DNA of 64,000 nt from Cirrosporium novae-zelandiae (Eukaryota): assembly GCA_026023565.1 (NCBI GenBank), contig JAPETS010000009.1, forward strand, positions 434,001 through 498,000. The letters are read 5' to 3'. The notes under the pieces were generated by a model, which saw nothing but the letters and a program-made list of their open reading frames with translations, made no database searches and was not told the origin of the DNA. The position numbers and the translations under genes were made by a program. Below are positions 51,778-64,000 of this stretch, in pieces; positions within the stretch are counted from its first letter, which is position 1, and each line of letters starts with the position of its first letter.

Positions 51778-53237
51778 TTATTTCCGAGCATCAAATACTA
51801 CTTTTTGTACCTTCATCTGATCGAAGAGGTCGTATCCTTCTACCGCCTGGCTCAGCGGCATAATGTGATCAGACATGAATCTAAATCCTGTCAGCCATCA
51901 TCCTGCTTCTACACCTGTAATCACAGAAACACAAACCCCAATAAATGTTGCTTCTTTTTAAGCATGCTCAGAGCTTCTGGGAAGATTGATCGCACAGGAC
52001 ATCGTCCCATTTGAATCTTCAAATTCTTGCCATAGGCTTGATTTCCTGTCCACGGAATCTACTCTTGTTGATTAATTCTTGCTGTTCAAAGTACCTAGAC
52101 AGCTAAGGGGAAGAACTTGCCTCGCCATTGTGCACCCCCACGCTGCTGATAATTCCCCATGGTCTCAACAGATCGAATCCCATCTTCAAGGCTGGGCTCA
52201 GCCCTACAACTTCAATAACGATATCTGCTCCTCGGCCTTCCGTCAATTCATTGACTCTTTTTTCAAGTCCTTCTTTGTCTGTTTGGAAATTCCATGGCTC
52301 AGCGCCTAGGGATTTAGCCAAGCCCAGTCTGGACTCTATTGAATCAACTGCAATTAGATGTTTAGGGTTATATGCCTCCGCATTTATTACGGCGCAAAGT
52401 CCCACTGGTCCACATCCAATAACAACTACTGTAGCTTCTGCGATCTGTTCTTGTGTCAAGTCCTTGAAGCCATTGTGAGCAGCAAAATAGCCTATATCTA
52501 ATTAGCTCAGAATCGCTCATCGTGTGAAAGTTTTGTACCAGTAGGGAAAATATCTGCCATCAGAACTAGCGTGTTTTCTTGAATGCCCTCAGGAGCTTTC
52601 ATCACCGTAGAATCAGCCAATGGTACCCGGACCTACATACAATTAATGGTGCACGGAAAAATGATTTTGGAGACTGACGTATTCTGCTTGAGCACCATCG
52701 AGGATAGGGCATCCGAATAGCTGGCATTTAGCACAACGCGACGAAAAACCATTTCGACAGTAATAGCATTCCCCGCTGATCCATGTCAGTACTTTGATCA
52801 AGCTTCCAAGTGCGGCGTTGCTTTACCATGAAATAGTAAAGGGAGAAACTACCGAATCTCCCCTTTTTAACGTTTTCACAGAGCTTCCAACTTCGTCGAC
52901 GATTCCTGTGAATTCATGGCCTATATATCACAAGTATTTAGCCCAATAGCAAAAATTTATCTCAATTGGTGACGAGATCGAGGACAATACCCATGATAAA
53001 TCCAGCAGCCGAAGGTTGATGACCACGGAAAACGTGTAGTTCGCTATTCAATGCAACATGAGCAATTAAACGGAAAATAATCTGAACGGTAATCGCAACC
53101 TACCTCCCGCATAGAGCTGAATATGTCACCTTCACAACGATGTCCGTGGGATCCTGAATCTTTGGACGAGGCCTGTCCTCGACTGCAATTTTCCTAGGTT
53201 CTTTGAAGACGACCGCCTTCATGGTATTGGAGCTCAT
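51778..53237 (-). CDS. Zinc-dependent medium-chain alcohol dehydrogenase (FDH-like MDR), about 8 exons
   Basis: Spliced protein MSSNTMKAVVFKEP..SALCGSELH..GHEFTG..CGECYYC...SRC, ADIFPTGYFAA, Rossmann GCGPVG, KIQMGRCPVRS, ending KVQKVVFDARK*. Confidence 0.92.
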
Positions 53238-54182
53238 GGCCGTGTTTTTGGGAATCTGGTCTATAGTAAGTAGATATGGATTACAGTAGATGAATATCCA
53301 AATTTGTAGGAGGAAAGTAATTAATGATCCGTAGTTGTTAGATTTACTAGGCTTTTATAGGACTGTACAATGAGAACTATGGATGGCTTGAAAGCTTGAA
53401 AACTCGTCATATTCCCTGTCTGGTGACCGAGGTGGAAGAAAAAGGTAAGGCGACACGGTGATACTGACTGTAGTATGATCGAATGTCATTGTACATACTA
53501 AGTCTTCCATTCGGAATGAAAAGTAAGACCACCTCATGGGTTTTCTCGAAATTTCGTACCTTTAGATGCGGGGGAGGGGCACCATGATCCGTAGCGGGGA
53601 CAATACGCTGGTTCTGGACAAGGTTTAATGAACCGTTGCCCGATAAGCCACCGATAACCGGCTTTGACATGTAAACTCGTAACGATTTCATATTATATTG
53701 AAAGTATATTAGGTGTATAGGTCAGAACTGTTAGATGTAGGGGCTCTACAGTCAATCCTTTCTTTGTTTGATATTTTACTGTGTTTCGGTTCAGGCGAGG
53801 GCGGAAAGCGAGCAATAGCCAAATCCTAGCAAAACCACCCATACCGTCTACGACATCAACAAGTACCAAAAGCGAGGGAATCCACACATTCACGTTGGGG
53901 GCATCCCTCACCCAAGATGGAGGGTTCAAAACAGGTGGCAGAAATCCTCATTTAAGGGGGTAAAGACTGGTAGCCTGGGATTATATGTTAAACGCAGATT
54001 CAGATTTTATCTGTATCAAACGAGATCCCCTATTATCAGGATCCTAGGAACGCCTTAACCATGCTACCAAAATCCCCATCCTAATCCATATCTGCGTCCA
54101 TGTCAAACGCCCCGAATAAAATGAACTAATGCAGAACTGCCCAAGGCCCTTAAGCCGTGGTCGGGCATATGTTGGCAGGCAT

Positions 54183-54579
54183 CTAGTATACTTTGCAAAG
54201 AAGCTCTGCCTCCAAAATGAACTTATTTTCTTTGTATTTCTCAGATGATTCGAAGGCCTTGTCATACTTCCAACCAACCGTTTCCCTGCACTGCCGACAG
54301 AAGATATCACGAACAATGTGCCTCCCAGTGGTCATATTTCGCTCGACTGGTTCGGCCTGTCCGACGTTGACCACAGTTTTAAACAGATACGCTTTACCAT
54401 GTTGCCCTCGAAAATTCTACAAAAATACAAATCAGTTTAGTAAAATCCGTCGGGAGGGCCATTTCTTGGGATTAACATACTCTGCTGATGATATCATCGT
54501 GGTTGGCAAGATGGGTTTTGCAATTTTTGCAGCCATATATTTGATTCGAGTTCAAGTAAGTATTGTATACGAGTCCCAT
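54183..54579 (-). CDS. MOH1: Yippee-family Zn-binding protein (Moh1/YPEL5), 2 exons
   Basis: Exons 54579-54481 and 54416-54183: MGLVYNTYL..YGCKNCKTHL..ISRNFRGQHGKAYLF..MTTGRHIVRDIFCRQC..GWKY. Confidence 0.95.
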
Positions 54580-55414
54580 CTTGATTTCTTGCCAGATTGG
54601 GCGTAGGAAAGTAGCTGGTAATACTATGATAGTCTGAAGTTAGACCGCTTGTCTGAAAGGACGCTTTGGCTTGAGACAGTGAGTCGGCTGACTCCCTCGT
54701 GAGATATACTGGGACGATCGTTCTCACTCTAGAAAGACAAACAAAGCAATACTTCAAGCGAGTTCGCTGAGATGTCGAGATTCGAGGGTCTGAGACAAGG
54801 ATCTGCCAAGCTGCAGACACCAACTCAAGCTTCTCTTGTAGATATTCCCCTTAGAAATCCAGTAACGTGGAGTACTGGATGATTTCAATATCGAGATTCC
54901 CGGAAAGCTAAATCTTGGTGCCTGAGCAGGGCGTGTTTGTGTGATTTGAATATCTAATGAATTAAGTACGGTAGTAGACTTTAGTAGTCACTTTTTCGTA
55001 ATCGTCAGTGGTGAGAGAAGACACCGGGGGGGATGATGTGCAGTTGCTTAGGATAAAGGGTCTGCGGTTTCCTTGTTTTAGAATACCTCACCTCCTTAAA
55101 ACTGGAAAGAAAGGAATCTATAATTTTTTGGTACGAAGAGAGGCTTGTTGGGTTGTCGCTGACTCGTTATTCTCACAGAAGATGGAGAAGCAAACGGGAA
55201 GGAGTGGAGATACTTGAATCGGTCATTCGGGCCTATCCAAGACTAGTGCGGCATCATAACAATGGGAACCTGAATCTGTTGAACTTGGTTTAAATTCAAT
55301 TAAATCAAAGAAAATTAATTTCAACTTCAACGGTGGCAAACTTGTACAGTACTTACTCAACTCCCTCCTTTCATCAAAATTGCATATTCACCACTCCATT
55401 ACAGATAACATTCC

Positions 55415-57045
55415 ATGTCGGTTGATCTGCTCATAGATCTGGATGACGATTTCGGTGACTTCCAGCAGCCCCAACCGGAATCCAACTTGAACACCGTCAA
55501 AACAAGCAAAGTTGCCGAGTTCGGGACCAGGAACAATGAAACCCTAATATTTGATTATGATGAAGTTGCACAGATAGCTGGGAGCTCTTCTACATTACCA
55601 CCCAGCCAAGTATGTGCATTCTCTTCAATGTCCTGTTCATCTCTCACTGAACAGGACAGGTCAATAATACCGATGACTGGGGAGATTTTGTGGATAGCTC
55701 CATAGTTGAGACACAAAACGATTTATTATCTCTGGACCACTCCTTAGCATCACTTTCAGAACAATCGACGACGCCTTCACCATATCGTACCCAAAAGAAG
55801 AGTACTACTAGGGGAACTCGGTCAAATCGGGTGTCGTTCAGTTCCACCTCAGCAGCCGAATCAGAGTCATCATGGATCCAAAGATCCAGGGAGACAAGCC
55901 GAACCAGAGCCTACAGCGCCAAAGGGGCCGTTCAACCAGATCTATTGTCCCTAAGTCCCGTTTCGGAATCCCACCCAGCGCCATTTCCAAGCATCACTTC
56001 CACAACGACAAATATAACAAAAAAGGGTAGTTCTAATGAAGGAGCTCAATCGGATCTGTTGTCTTTAGATTTGACCCCAGCACTCGAAACGGTGCCGTCG
56101 GAGAATAGCAATCCCAATTCCATATCATCAAAGAGGAACAGCAAACCACCATCCCAGGAGTCACAGGACCCATGGGCCCAAGATTCATGGGGAGACTGGA
56201 ACGCCCAACCAGAACAATCGCGGTCTAACAGTTCGCAGCTCACATCATCGAATCCCAATAGACTACCAACATCATCTCAAGAGTCAAAAGATCAATGGGC
56301 AAAGGAAGACCAATGGAAAACTTGGGCTCAAGATACTTCCACATCAAATTCCCAGATTCCCCCACACACGACCACTACCAGCGATACCAGCGAACCCACC
56401 GTCAACCAACCGCCCACGGAATCTAGACCGAGTAATGTGCCTCCACCTTCCGCTCTGCTCATCCTAATCCCAACACTCACCCAAGCCCTCCTAACCACCG
56501 CCACCACAACCTCCGGCCCCTCTTCCACCCCCACAAAAACCCAGGCTATGACCTCCATGTTACACATCCTAATCATCGCCGCACGCATCATCGCTGGCCG
56601 AAAACTCCGCTGGAAGCGTGACCACCTACTATCCCAACGCACGAAAATTGGCCCCGCCACCACGGGTGGCAAAAAATCCGGCATGAAGCTCATGGGCGTT
56701 GACCGCAACGAATCTATTAAGGAAGAACAGGGGGTGACGGAGGTCGCAGAAGCATGCAGGGAGCACGTCAAGGACCTCAAACACTTTCTTTCCCCGAAAA
56801 ATAACCGGATCATGTCAGTGTTGCTAGATGTTATCCAAGCACCACACGTGAGAACGGCGACGGCGTTTCAGGGGGCCCTCACAGCGTCGCACTGCTGTCC
56901 GCTCTGCGGTCTCAAGCGGGACGAGCGGGTCGAGAAGCTTGATGATCAGGTTCAGGATTCGTTTGGGGAGTTTTGGGTCGAGCTTTGGGGTCATGCCGGT
57001 TGTCGGAATTTTTGGCATGAGTACAAGTCATCCGTTTTCCAGTAA
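55415..57045 (+). CDS. Conserved fungal hypothetical protein: disordered N-terminus with DDFGDF/DDWGDF motifs and a C-terminal CxxC...HxxC domain, 2 exons
   Basis: Exons 55415-55609 and 55660-57045; motifs ARIIAGRKLRWKRD and CPLCGLKRDERV...FGEFWVELWGHAGCRNFW. Confidence 0.8.
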
Positions 57046-57391
57046 CTGGTTTTTTTTATTCTATTCTACTTCTGTTTTCTGTTTCTATTGACTTCAGGAT
57101 ATATACACTCTAGCATACTTTGTAAACGAACGACCAGGGCCATCACGCACGTATATCTATCCACCCATCCCCATCCCCATCCCATTTCGTTTCATATCCT
57201 ACTTTTTGTATACCTACCTAAAAAAATAGCCGGCTGGCTAACTAATCAGCCAAATCTTTTCTTGGACCTACTTATCCTATCTACAAGAACTACTTGGCTT
57301 CCAAAAAAAAACATAGAATCAGAGATGGATGGTTCCTTGGATAAATTGTAGAAAGGAGTCTGTCGTATCGTATCTTATCGAATCATTCACG

Positions 57392-57725
57392 TCAAATAAT
57401 AACCCACCTCCCCACTCCCCTACCTCGTCGATCCTTTAAACACTCAATCACCAACCCCCCCTCCTCGGCCGAGGCCGAGGATTCCTTCCCCTTGCCATAT
57501 CTTGAGATCCAGATCTCGGAATCTAGGAAGTAGGAAATTGTATCCCCGATTCCTAGATTTGGTATCCTATTCCCATTCCCACTCCGAGTCCTTCTTCCAT
57601 TCTCCCCTAAACCCCGTGGAAAAATCGAAACTGATTCTTCTTCTTCTCCATCATCATCATCATTATTATTATTATTATCTCCTTTCTCTCCTCCTCCTCT
57701 TTCGTGATTTTCACAGTACGTGGGT

Positions 57726-57769
<44 letters not shown>

Positions 57770-59010
57770 AGGGTTATTATTCGTGTGTATAGATCGAGAA
57801 CCCAGATGATGATGATGATAACGACGACGAGTGGTGTGTATAGGATGTAAAATAATGATTGTGATGATATTGGGGGCGTGGGTGCGGGTTAGGGAGGTGA
57901 GGGTTGTTAAGAGGGTTGTTAAGTGAGAGTAGGCTATATGTATATATGGTTAGGTTAGTAGTGGTGAGTTAAATAGATTTGTTATTTTTATATGGAATGG
58001 GTAAGATGGATGGACTTACTTACCTTGTACAATACCGATTTCTGTTGTTAGGGCTGTGAAGGGAGGGGTTAGGGCATCTAGGATTATCATTTCTAGTGGT
58101 GGTGTGCTGGGGGTCTTAAATGCCTTTTGGGAGGAGTCCGTTTCGAGGGCAATTTCAGGAGGAGATCCAGACTCAGATTCAGATTCAGGCCTGAGATCCA
58201 GTTCCTCCTCGTCCGAGTCGCTGTCCCCAACCACACCGCGTTCCCTCCAGCCCATCTTCTCTTTTTCCTTTTCCTTTTCCTTGCCCTTCTCTACTTCCAC
58301 CTCCACCTCCATCCCTATTTCCCCCTCTTCAAACTCCGCTCTAACCTCCTCAATCGCCTCCCCGATGCCCCAAAAATCAAATGTTCGCATGATATTCACC
58401 CTCTCCAGCATTCTCATCGCCATGGCCTCTGCTTCCTGGAATTTGTCTAATGGAGTAGTAGATGTCGATTTTGATGTCGTGGGGACAATCAAGCGAGAGC
58501 AGAAGTAGGTGTAGAGAGAGATGGGAGAGAATGAACCCATGGTGTCGATTATAGTTGCGTGCGGTACGGGGATTGGAGAGAGGGAGGAGGAGAGGGGAGC
58601 AGACTGGAGATGCTGATAGAGGAGATTGTAGAGGGGCCACTTTTTATAAAGAGGGGAGGGGTTATGGCGTCAGCCTCTTTTTTTTTTTTTTTTTTTGACA
58701 GGTTATGAAAGAGCCTATCTATTTTTTTGCCGTTGATATATAAAACAAAACAAAAGCAGCAACAAAACTGAAGGGAAAATACTCTTAGTACAAATGATTC
58801 ACTTACCATCCTAACGCACTCCTTATCCTCTCCACAAACCCCGATTGTGTCTCCATATCTCATTTCCAGGCTTAAGCCATTAGTTGCATTACCACCCGTT
58901 GTTAGCATCAATTTCTTTCTTACTGTGCTCGTCTCGGCTAGCTCAGGTGAGAGGAGTGTAGATGCCAGAAGAGGAGGTGCGACGAGGGGTTGTCCTTTTG
59001 GTGGAGACAT
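57392..59010 (-). CDS. Divergent RecA/Rad51-paralog-like protein (RAD51D/Shu-like, no intact Walker A), 3 exons
   Basis: Exons 59010-58807, 58639-58024, 57933-57392 join in frame: ATIIDTMGSFSP, MLERVNIMRTFDFWGIGEAIEE, MIILDALTPPF, PNLG..SYFLD, VIECLKDRRGRGVGRW*. Confidence 0.6.
57728..57770 (-). repeat. (AAC)n tract encoding poly-Asn in exon 3 of the Rad51-paralog-like gene
   Basis: (gtt)n run on the + strand. Confidence 0.9.
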
Positions 59011-59995
59011 GGGTGATAATGGTAATGGGATTGACGTTAAATATTAGGGTGGAAAAGCTATTCTTATTAAATCTCCAAGACTAAAAAAAAGTATCAACTA
59101 GGAAGCTGAGAGATTATTAGGAAAACATGTGAAGAGATATATAAAATCTGCCAGTTATAGTATGAAGAATTAGATATAATTGTATAACGAACATGATTAG
59201 AAATATAGAGATTTGATCATCGGGTTGAGGTCTATTGAGTTTGTTGAGAATTAGGGTAATGGATGTAAACATCCGGATAAGAGATGATTCTTCGATGTAC
59301 GTTTGCACAGTACCTTAGGTTTTCAAATGGACCCAAGCGTATTAAAAAAACGGAGTACAACTTCTCATCTACGACGTAAGTTTTCTAAAATATAAGCTCC
59401 CTACTTCGTTTGGTAGACTTGCAGAAAATAAACAGTTTGACTAATCTGAAAGAATATAAGGCGGTTTTACAACACTGTTCCATGTAAACATTTAACATTT
59501 ATATTAGAAAAAGCCGAAGCGTTGATTTAATTTTCCTAAGAATCCTAAGAAACACAAAGTTTCAAATCTTCACCAAGAGCAAGTTTCCAAAGCGCCCGTG
59601 GAATGGAGCTTGAGAATGTATGAAAAAAGACCAGGTTCCCCTCTGGCCAAGCCTAAGCAAAATCACAACAAAACCTATTGCAATAAGCACATCTCTTGTG
59701 CTTCCAATGTCATTCTTCCCGATCTTCCAAAATCCAATAACAGTAGCATCCTGTCCTGCTAGAAATGCCTTCCCCAATTCATCAAGTTTCCAGGATTTCC
59801 TAAACACCTAGTCATACGAAAATGACCGGCTTGGAATTGTGTATATAAACAAACGAAGTGCGTATTATTCCTAGGCGTAGAAGTTGGGTGTGATTGTTGT
59901 CATGCCTCAGAAGTGTCAATGTTCTAGCCCATGACTCAGCCCCGTTGGTTGCTGTGTACTTACCAAACCTGATTTCCGTTTGAAGGCTTGTAGTC

Positions 59996-61952
59996 TCACT
60001 CCCGTCGCTCGGGTCTAGTGCGTCTTCCGCCCTTCATACTCTTCATACGGGTTAGGAACCCTTCCTTAGGTTTGGGCTCTTCATTCCCATCACTAGTAAC
60101 CCGTCGCTCCAAACCCGGGCCTACGTGCTTAGGACTACTTGGAGCCCGGGGTCTTCCGACCTTGTTTTCTTCGATCTTCATACCCTTTCTATCATATGCA
60201 GCATCATAATCTTGGAAGAATGGGTTCTTTTCGTTAGCCTTTTTCTGGCCATTTGCAGACTGAGAGTGTGATGGAACCGTTGGAGGGGTATTGGGAGAGT
60301 TTCTTCCGTCAAATCCAGGCTCTGGAGAGTTTGGATTTCGATATATATTTTGGCCTCTAGAATTCGAGATACCACGGATTTTCTGTGCTAAACTCTTCTT
60401 GCGAGACAATCCACCTCCGCCTAGGGCTTGTTGCTCATTTTCACTTTCACGTCGTTGCAACATAGCCTTTCGGCTCGCTGGAGCTCCTTCCAGAAATGTG
60501 CTGGTTCCAAGGCCCATGCTCTCATCACCATGTATAGCTTGGATAGTAACAGTAGGGTCATAGCTTTCTCCTCGAGGATGGACCGGTCGTTCAGCCATCT
60601 TAGTTGAGTAATCATCAAATGCATCGGGACCGACACCATGAATGCGATCAAGATCGAGTCGAGAGTTGACGGGGCCGGAACCACCCATGGTATTGTTGGC
60701 GGAATCTTTAGGGAATGCCTGCATTGGGGCACGGCTGGAGCCCTTGCGATTTCGGTGAGGATTGCAAGCATCAAAGGGTCCATCATGATGGAACACTGGA
60801 AATTAGTTAGTAAGAAGCGTCTAGTTAACTTAGTCAAATTGATAAATGCATACATCCGGTGCCATAGATACTTGTGACATCTAATTTATCAATAATATCA
60901 AGCCTTTGATTTGGCTTCTTCGACTTGCTACTGCCTTTGTCCTTATGGTCACGGTGTCTTGCTTCTCTCTCTCGTGCTTTTCTGTCTCTGCGTCGTTTCT
61001 CGTCCTCTGGGTCAAGTTGTTTTTGAGGTCGATCCATGATGGAAGAGTCCGAGTTTCGCCGCACACGCCTATCACGTGGCCTTTGGTCTTTTGGATCAGC
61101 GAAAATGTCAAGTTTGGATGGGTCTTGAGGTGGTTTCCCCGAAGCAGCCCGACGACGTTGCTCTTCTTCTTGTGACCGAGATGGGCGATGAGACGGTGGT
61201 GGAGGTGGGCGACGATGGCCGCCTTGAGTGACCGTCGCTGAGCGAACAACGGGAGCGGCAGGTCGATTATTATTTGATATGGCAAGGTTATCCTGGAATT
61301 TCCAGCCAGGCATTTTAATCAGCGAGATGATAACTACAAAGCAAGGGGTGCTGCAAGAACAGATATGGGGAGCTAAGGAGATGAGGAAAATCAAAGGGCG
61401 ATATTTGAGGATCGTTTATTGATTCGAAGAGAAAGTTAGACATACAAATAATTCAGCTACATGGCCAGTAAGCGCGGGCTGGGTAGGAGAGCTCTTTCCA
61501 TTCATGGTGGCCATATTCGGGCCAGACGTAGGTGGTGACGTTTGGTGATCCTCAACCGAGTCCAGAAATGGGTTTTTGGAGACAGGTCGACTGAAGTTGG
61601 CTGGCGGAACAGTTTGCTGGGTAGGAGTGGGCAAACTTTGGATGGATGCAGGTGAAGCAGCTCGATTGCGAAATGGATTGTTGGATGATAAATTGAGGGC
61701 AGGGGAAGGGCGGCGCTCTGGTTCAAGTGAAACCGGATTCTTGGTCAGTTATCTCGCGTCTCGTGTTTCTCAAAGATGTGCTATCGTAGATGATTGTAAG
61801 GATGGATGAAAGGAGGGTGGGCATGGTTTATTCAGAGGCTGAAACAACCATTGATAGGAAATAGAAAAGAAGCAATGGATAGGTCGTTTCCAAGTTACAA
61901 GGGGAATATGGACATCTCACTCACCTGGCACCGGTGGTTGGACGATTGACAT
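59996..61952 (-). CDS. PAL1: Pal1 cell-morphology / endocytic-site protein, 4 exons
   Basis: Exons 61952-61925, 61717-61446, 61292-60854, 60795-59996. Pal1 signature LDIIDKLDVTSIYGTGLFHHDGPFDACNPHRN and GLGTSTFLEGAPAS; several NPF motifs. Confidence 0.92.
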
Positions 61953-64000
61953 GTTTGCCGACCAGAATCCGCTTTGACAATTCGTCAGCGGCGGTTCAAT
62001 TGTGTTGTGTATATTTAACTTGTATGCGTGTTGAATGAGAAAGTATCAAAGCTGTTGTGAAATTACTGCTATCTGTAACCAGTAACAATGCGACCGAGTT
62101 AACTTGGTTTGTTTGATGGTGGATAGGAAACCTGGTATTTGGAGAACTGGGTGTAGCTGGGGGGGAGCTGGGAGATTGGGCACTCTTTTGGGGGGTGTAG
62201 TTATTTTGGGTTGGTTTTCAAAAAGGTTGGGTTTTTTGGGGGTTGGAGGTGTCGGTGGTAGGGTAGGTAGTCTTGGACTTGGGGTCTTGGGGGGGGGGGT
62301 CTTTGAGTCTTGGGTCTTGGGTCTTGGTCTTTTGGTTAACTTTTGGTCAACTTTTGGTCGGTCGACGGTAGGTTGGGTGGGTTGGGTGGTGGGTGGGTGG
62401 TCGGATAGGTAAAGCGGATCAACCGACCGAACAACAGTGGAGACTCTTCTTTTTTGCTTGTCTTGTGTGTGTCCAAGTTAGACAGTCAAATCTGCCAAAA
62501 ATGTTGATGGACTGACCCTGATCGCCCCCCAGTAAAATTGCCAAGTTAAAATAAATGGTCTTAAAGGATAAGCAAATTGCGACACTTTGAACTGCGATGT
62601 TCGTTGAATTAGTTATTTCCCCCTTCCTTGTTCCGCCTTTTATTTTATTTTATTTTTTATTTTTTATTTCTTTGTGAAGGCGTGGACAGTTCGATCTTTG
62701 TGGTAGATTGGTGAGGGGATTTGGTTGAGAGAGAGATCACCGCTGATGAGGCGATTGCTTAGGTACTGACTGTACTGTAATTAATTATTCTTTGAGGGGA
62801 CTTGAGGAGCAACAACAAATAAATAACAATGAAAATCAAGAGTCAACAAGTCCAAGAACTTGAAGAGAGATTAACTAGTTATTTCAATATCTTCGTCTCC
62901 AAGATCATGTTAGTGAGGGTCCCAGAGGGATGCTTATTTATTTCTTAGTTGTGTAGTTCGTTTAGCTTAGTACGGGGTTGATTACTCCATTCTACTATCG
63001 GTGGCTTTTGCCTTCTCTCCTCTACATCAACCACCATTTCACACCATTCTAGACAATCGACAAAGAGGCTTTCCTCCCGAAATGAAGGGAGATGGATAAA
63101 AAAAGGGCCATCACGGAGTATTTGAGCTATATATATCTATTCATTTGGCTGGACTTCGGAAACAAACTGCTCTAAAGTTACATGTTATCGACCTCCCCCC
63201 CTTCTTTATATAATTCTAAATTGGTTGATTTTAGCATTAGGGAGTCAAGGAAGGAAGTAAAGTAAGGGAGGCTCAGACTATTCAGTCACAAGATTAATCT
63301 TTAATTTAGCCTTCTGCACCTTGCAACATTGTGGCGGAATCCGAGGCCCAAAAACAGTTACTGAACTGATGGTACTGATGGGAGGGGAAAGACCAAAAGT
63401 CTTAGCAAAAGTCCGCGTCGATCGGTAAAAAGTAAAGAAATGTCAAATCCCGTCCCTGACACCAAAATTCTGGAGATGGTGGCCCACCATGTCCACCAAA
63501 CCTTTCAACTTTGGATTCAGGGTTGAATTGACTTTTGCAAATCAGTAAAGCAGAGAATAATTCAAGAAGAAAGGACAATTGAGTTTTCTGGTTGCTTTCT
63601 TTTCTCTCTCGCTTTCTCGTTGCTTTCGTTTCCTTTGGGGTCGGTAAGTGGCAAAATGACTGGAGGCCTCATGTGCTGCTCCGCAAAGTCCTAAGGAAAC
63701 AAGAGACCTATCCCATCTCTGTATTTTGTGGAGTGACCCCTGCTGATCGGACACACCTTGAAATAACCATGTCAAACGCTGCCAGGAAAACATCATCCAT
63801 TAAGCAATCTGTCAAAGGGATTGCAGGAAAAATTGTCCTTGGTAAAATATTTATGCATACTTGCATGCATTGGTCTGTCCATCAGTCCGAGGTCATTTTG
63901 ACCGATAAGAGATATCTCCTGGGAAGTGGAATCAATGGAATGATTGAATGATTCTGCTCTGAAGATGATGCTTGGATGCAGTGGTGGCCCGGTACCAAAG

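Overview
Gene-dense genomic DNA from a filamentous ascomycete (Pezizomycotina). Evidence: short GT-AG introns with CTRAY branch points and microsatellite-rich spacers. I could rebuild 15 spliced housekeeping or conserved genes by hand: bleomycin hydrolase LAP3, a secreted DUF5703/GH95-like glycosidase, CNS1, an SSXT/SS18-like protein, a TBC1D5-like RabGAP, MOT1, complex I NDUFS5, an SLC35F6-like transporter, MED15 with a 68-codon polyQ tract, an LMBR1-domain protein, a 3xKH HEK2/Rnc1-like protein, a Zn-dependent MDR dehydrogenase, yippee/MOH1, PAL1 and a divergent RAD51-paralog-like gene. There is also one conserved hypothetical gene and several orphan ORFs. A small accessory patch at about 10.9-15.3 kb holds orphan ORFs, a minisatellite and a decayed duplication. 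The most interesting signal is non-coding. At about 25.6-27.0 kb, just beyond the 3' end of the TBC gene, a + strand segment can be hand-folded into a telomerase RNA (TER) core: enclosing helix, template-boundary helix, template and pseudoknot. Its putative template ACCCUAGACCCU would specify a non-canonical 7-nt telomere repeat, (TCTAGGG)n. All calls come from reading the sequence by eye; no searches or folding programs were run.
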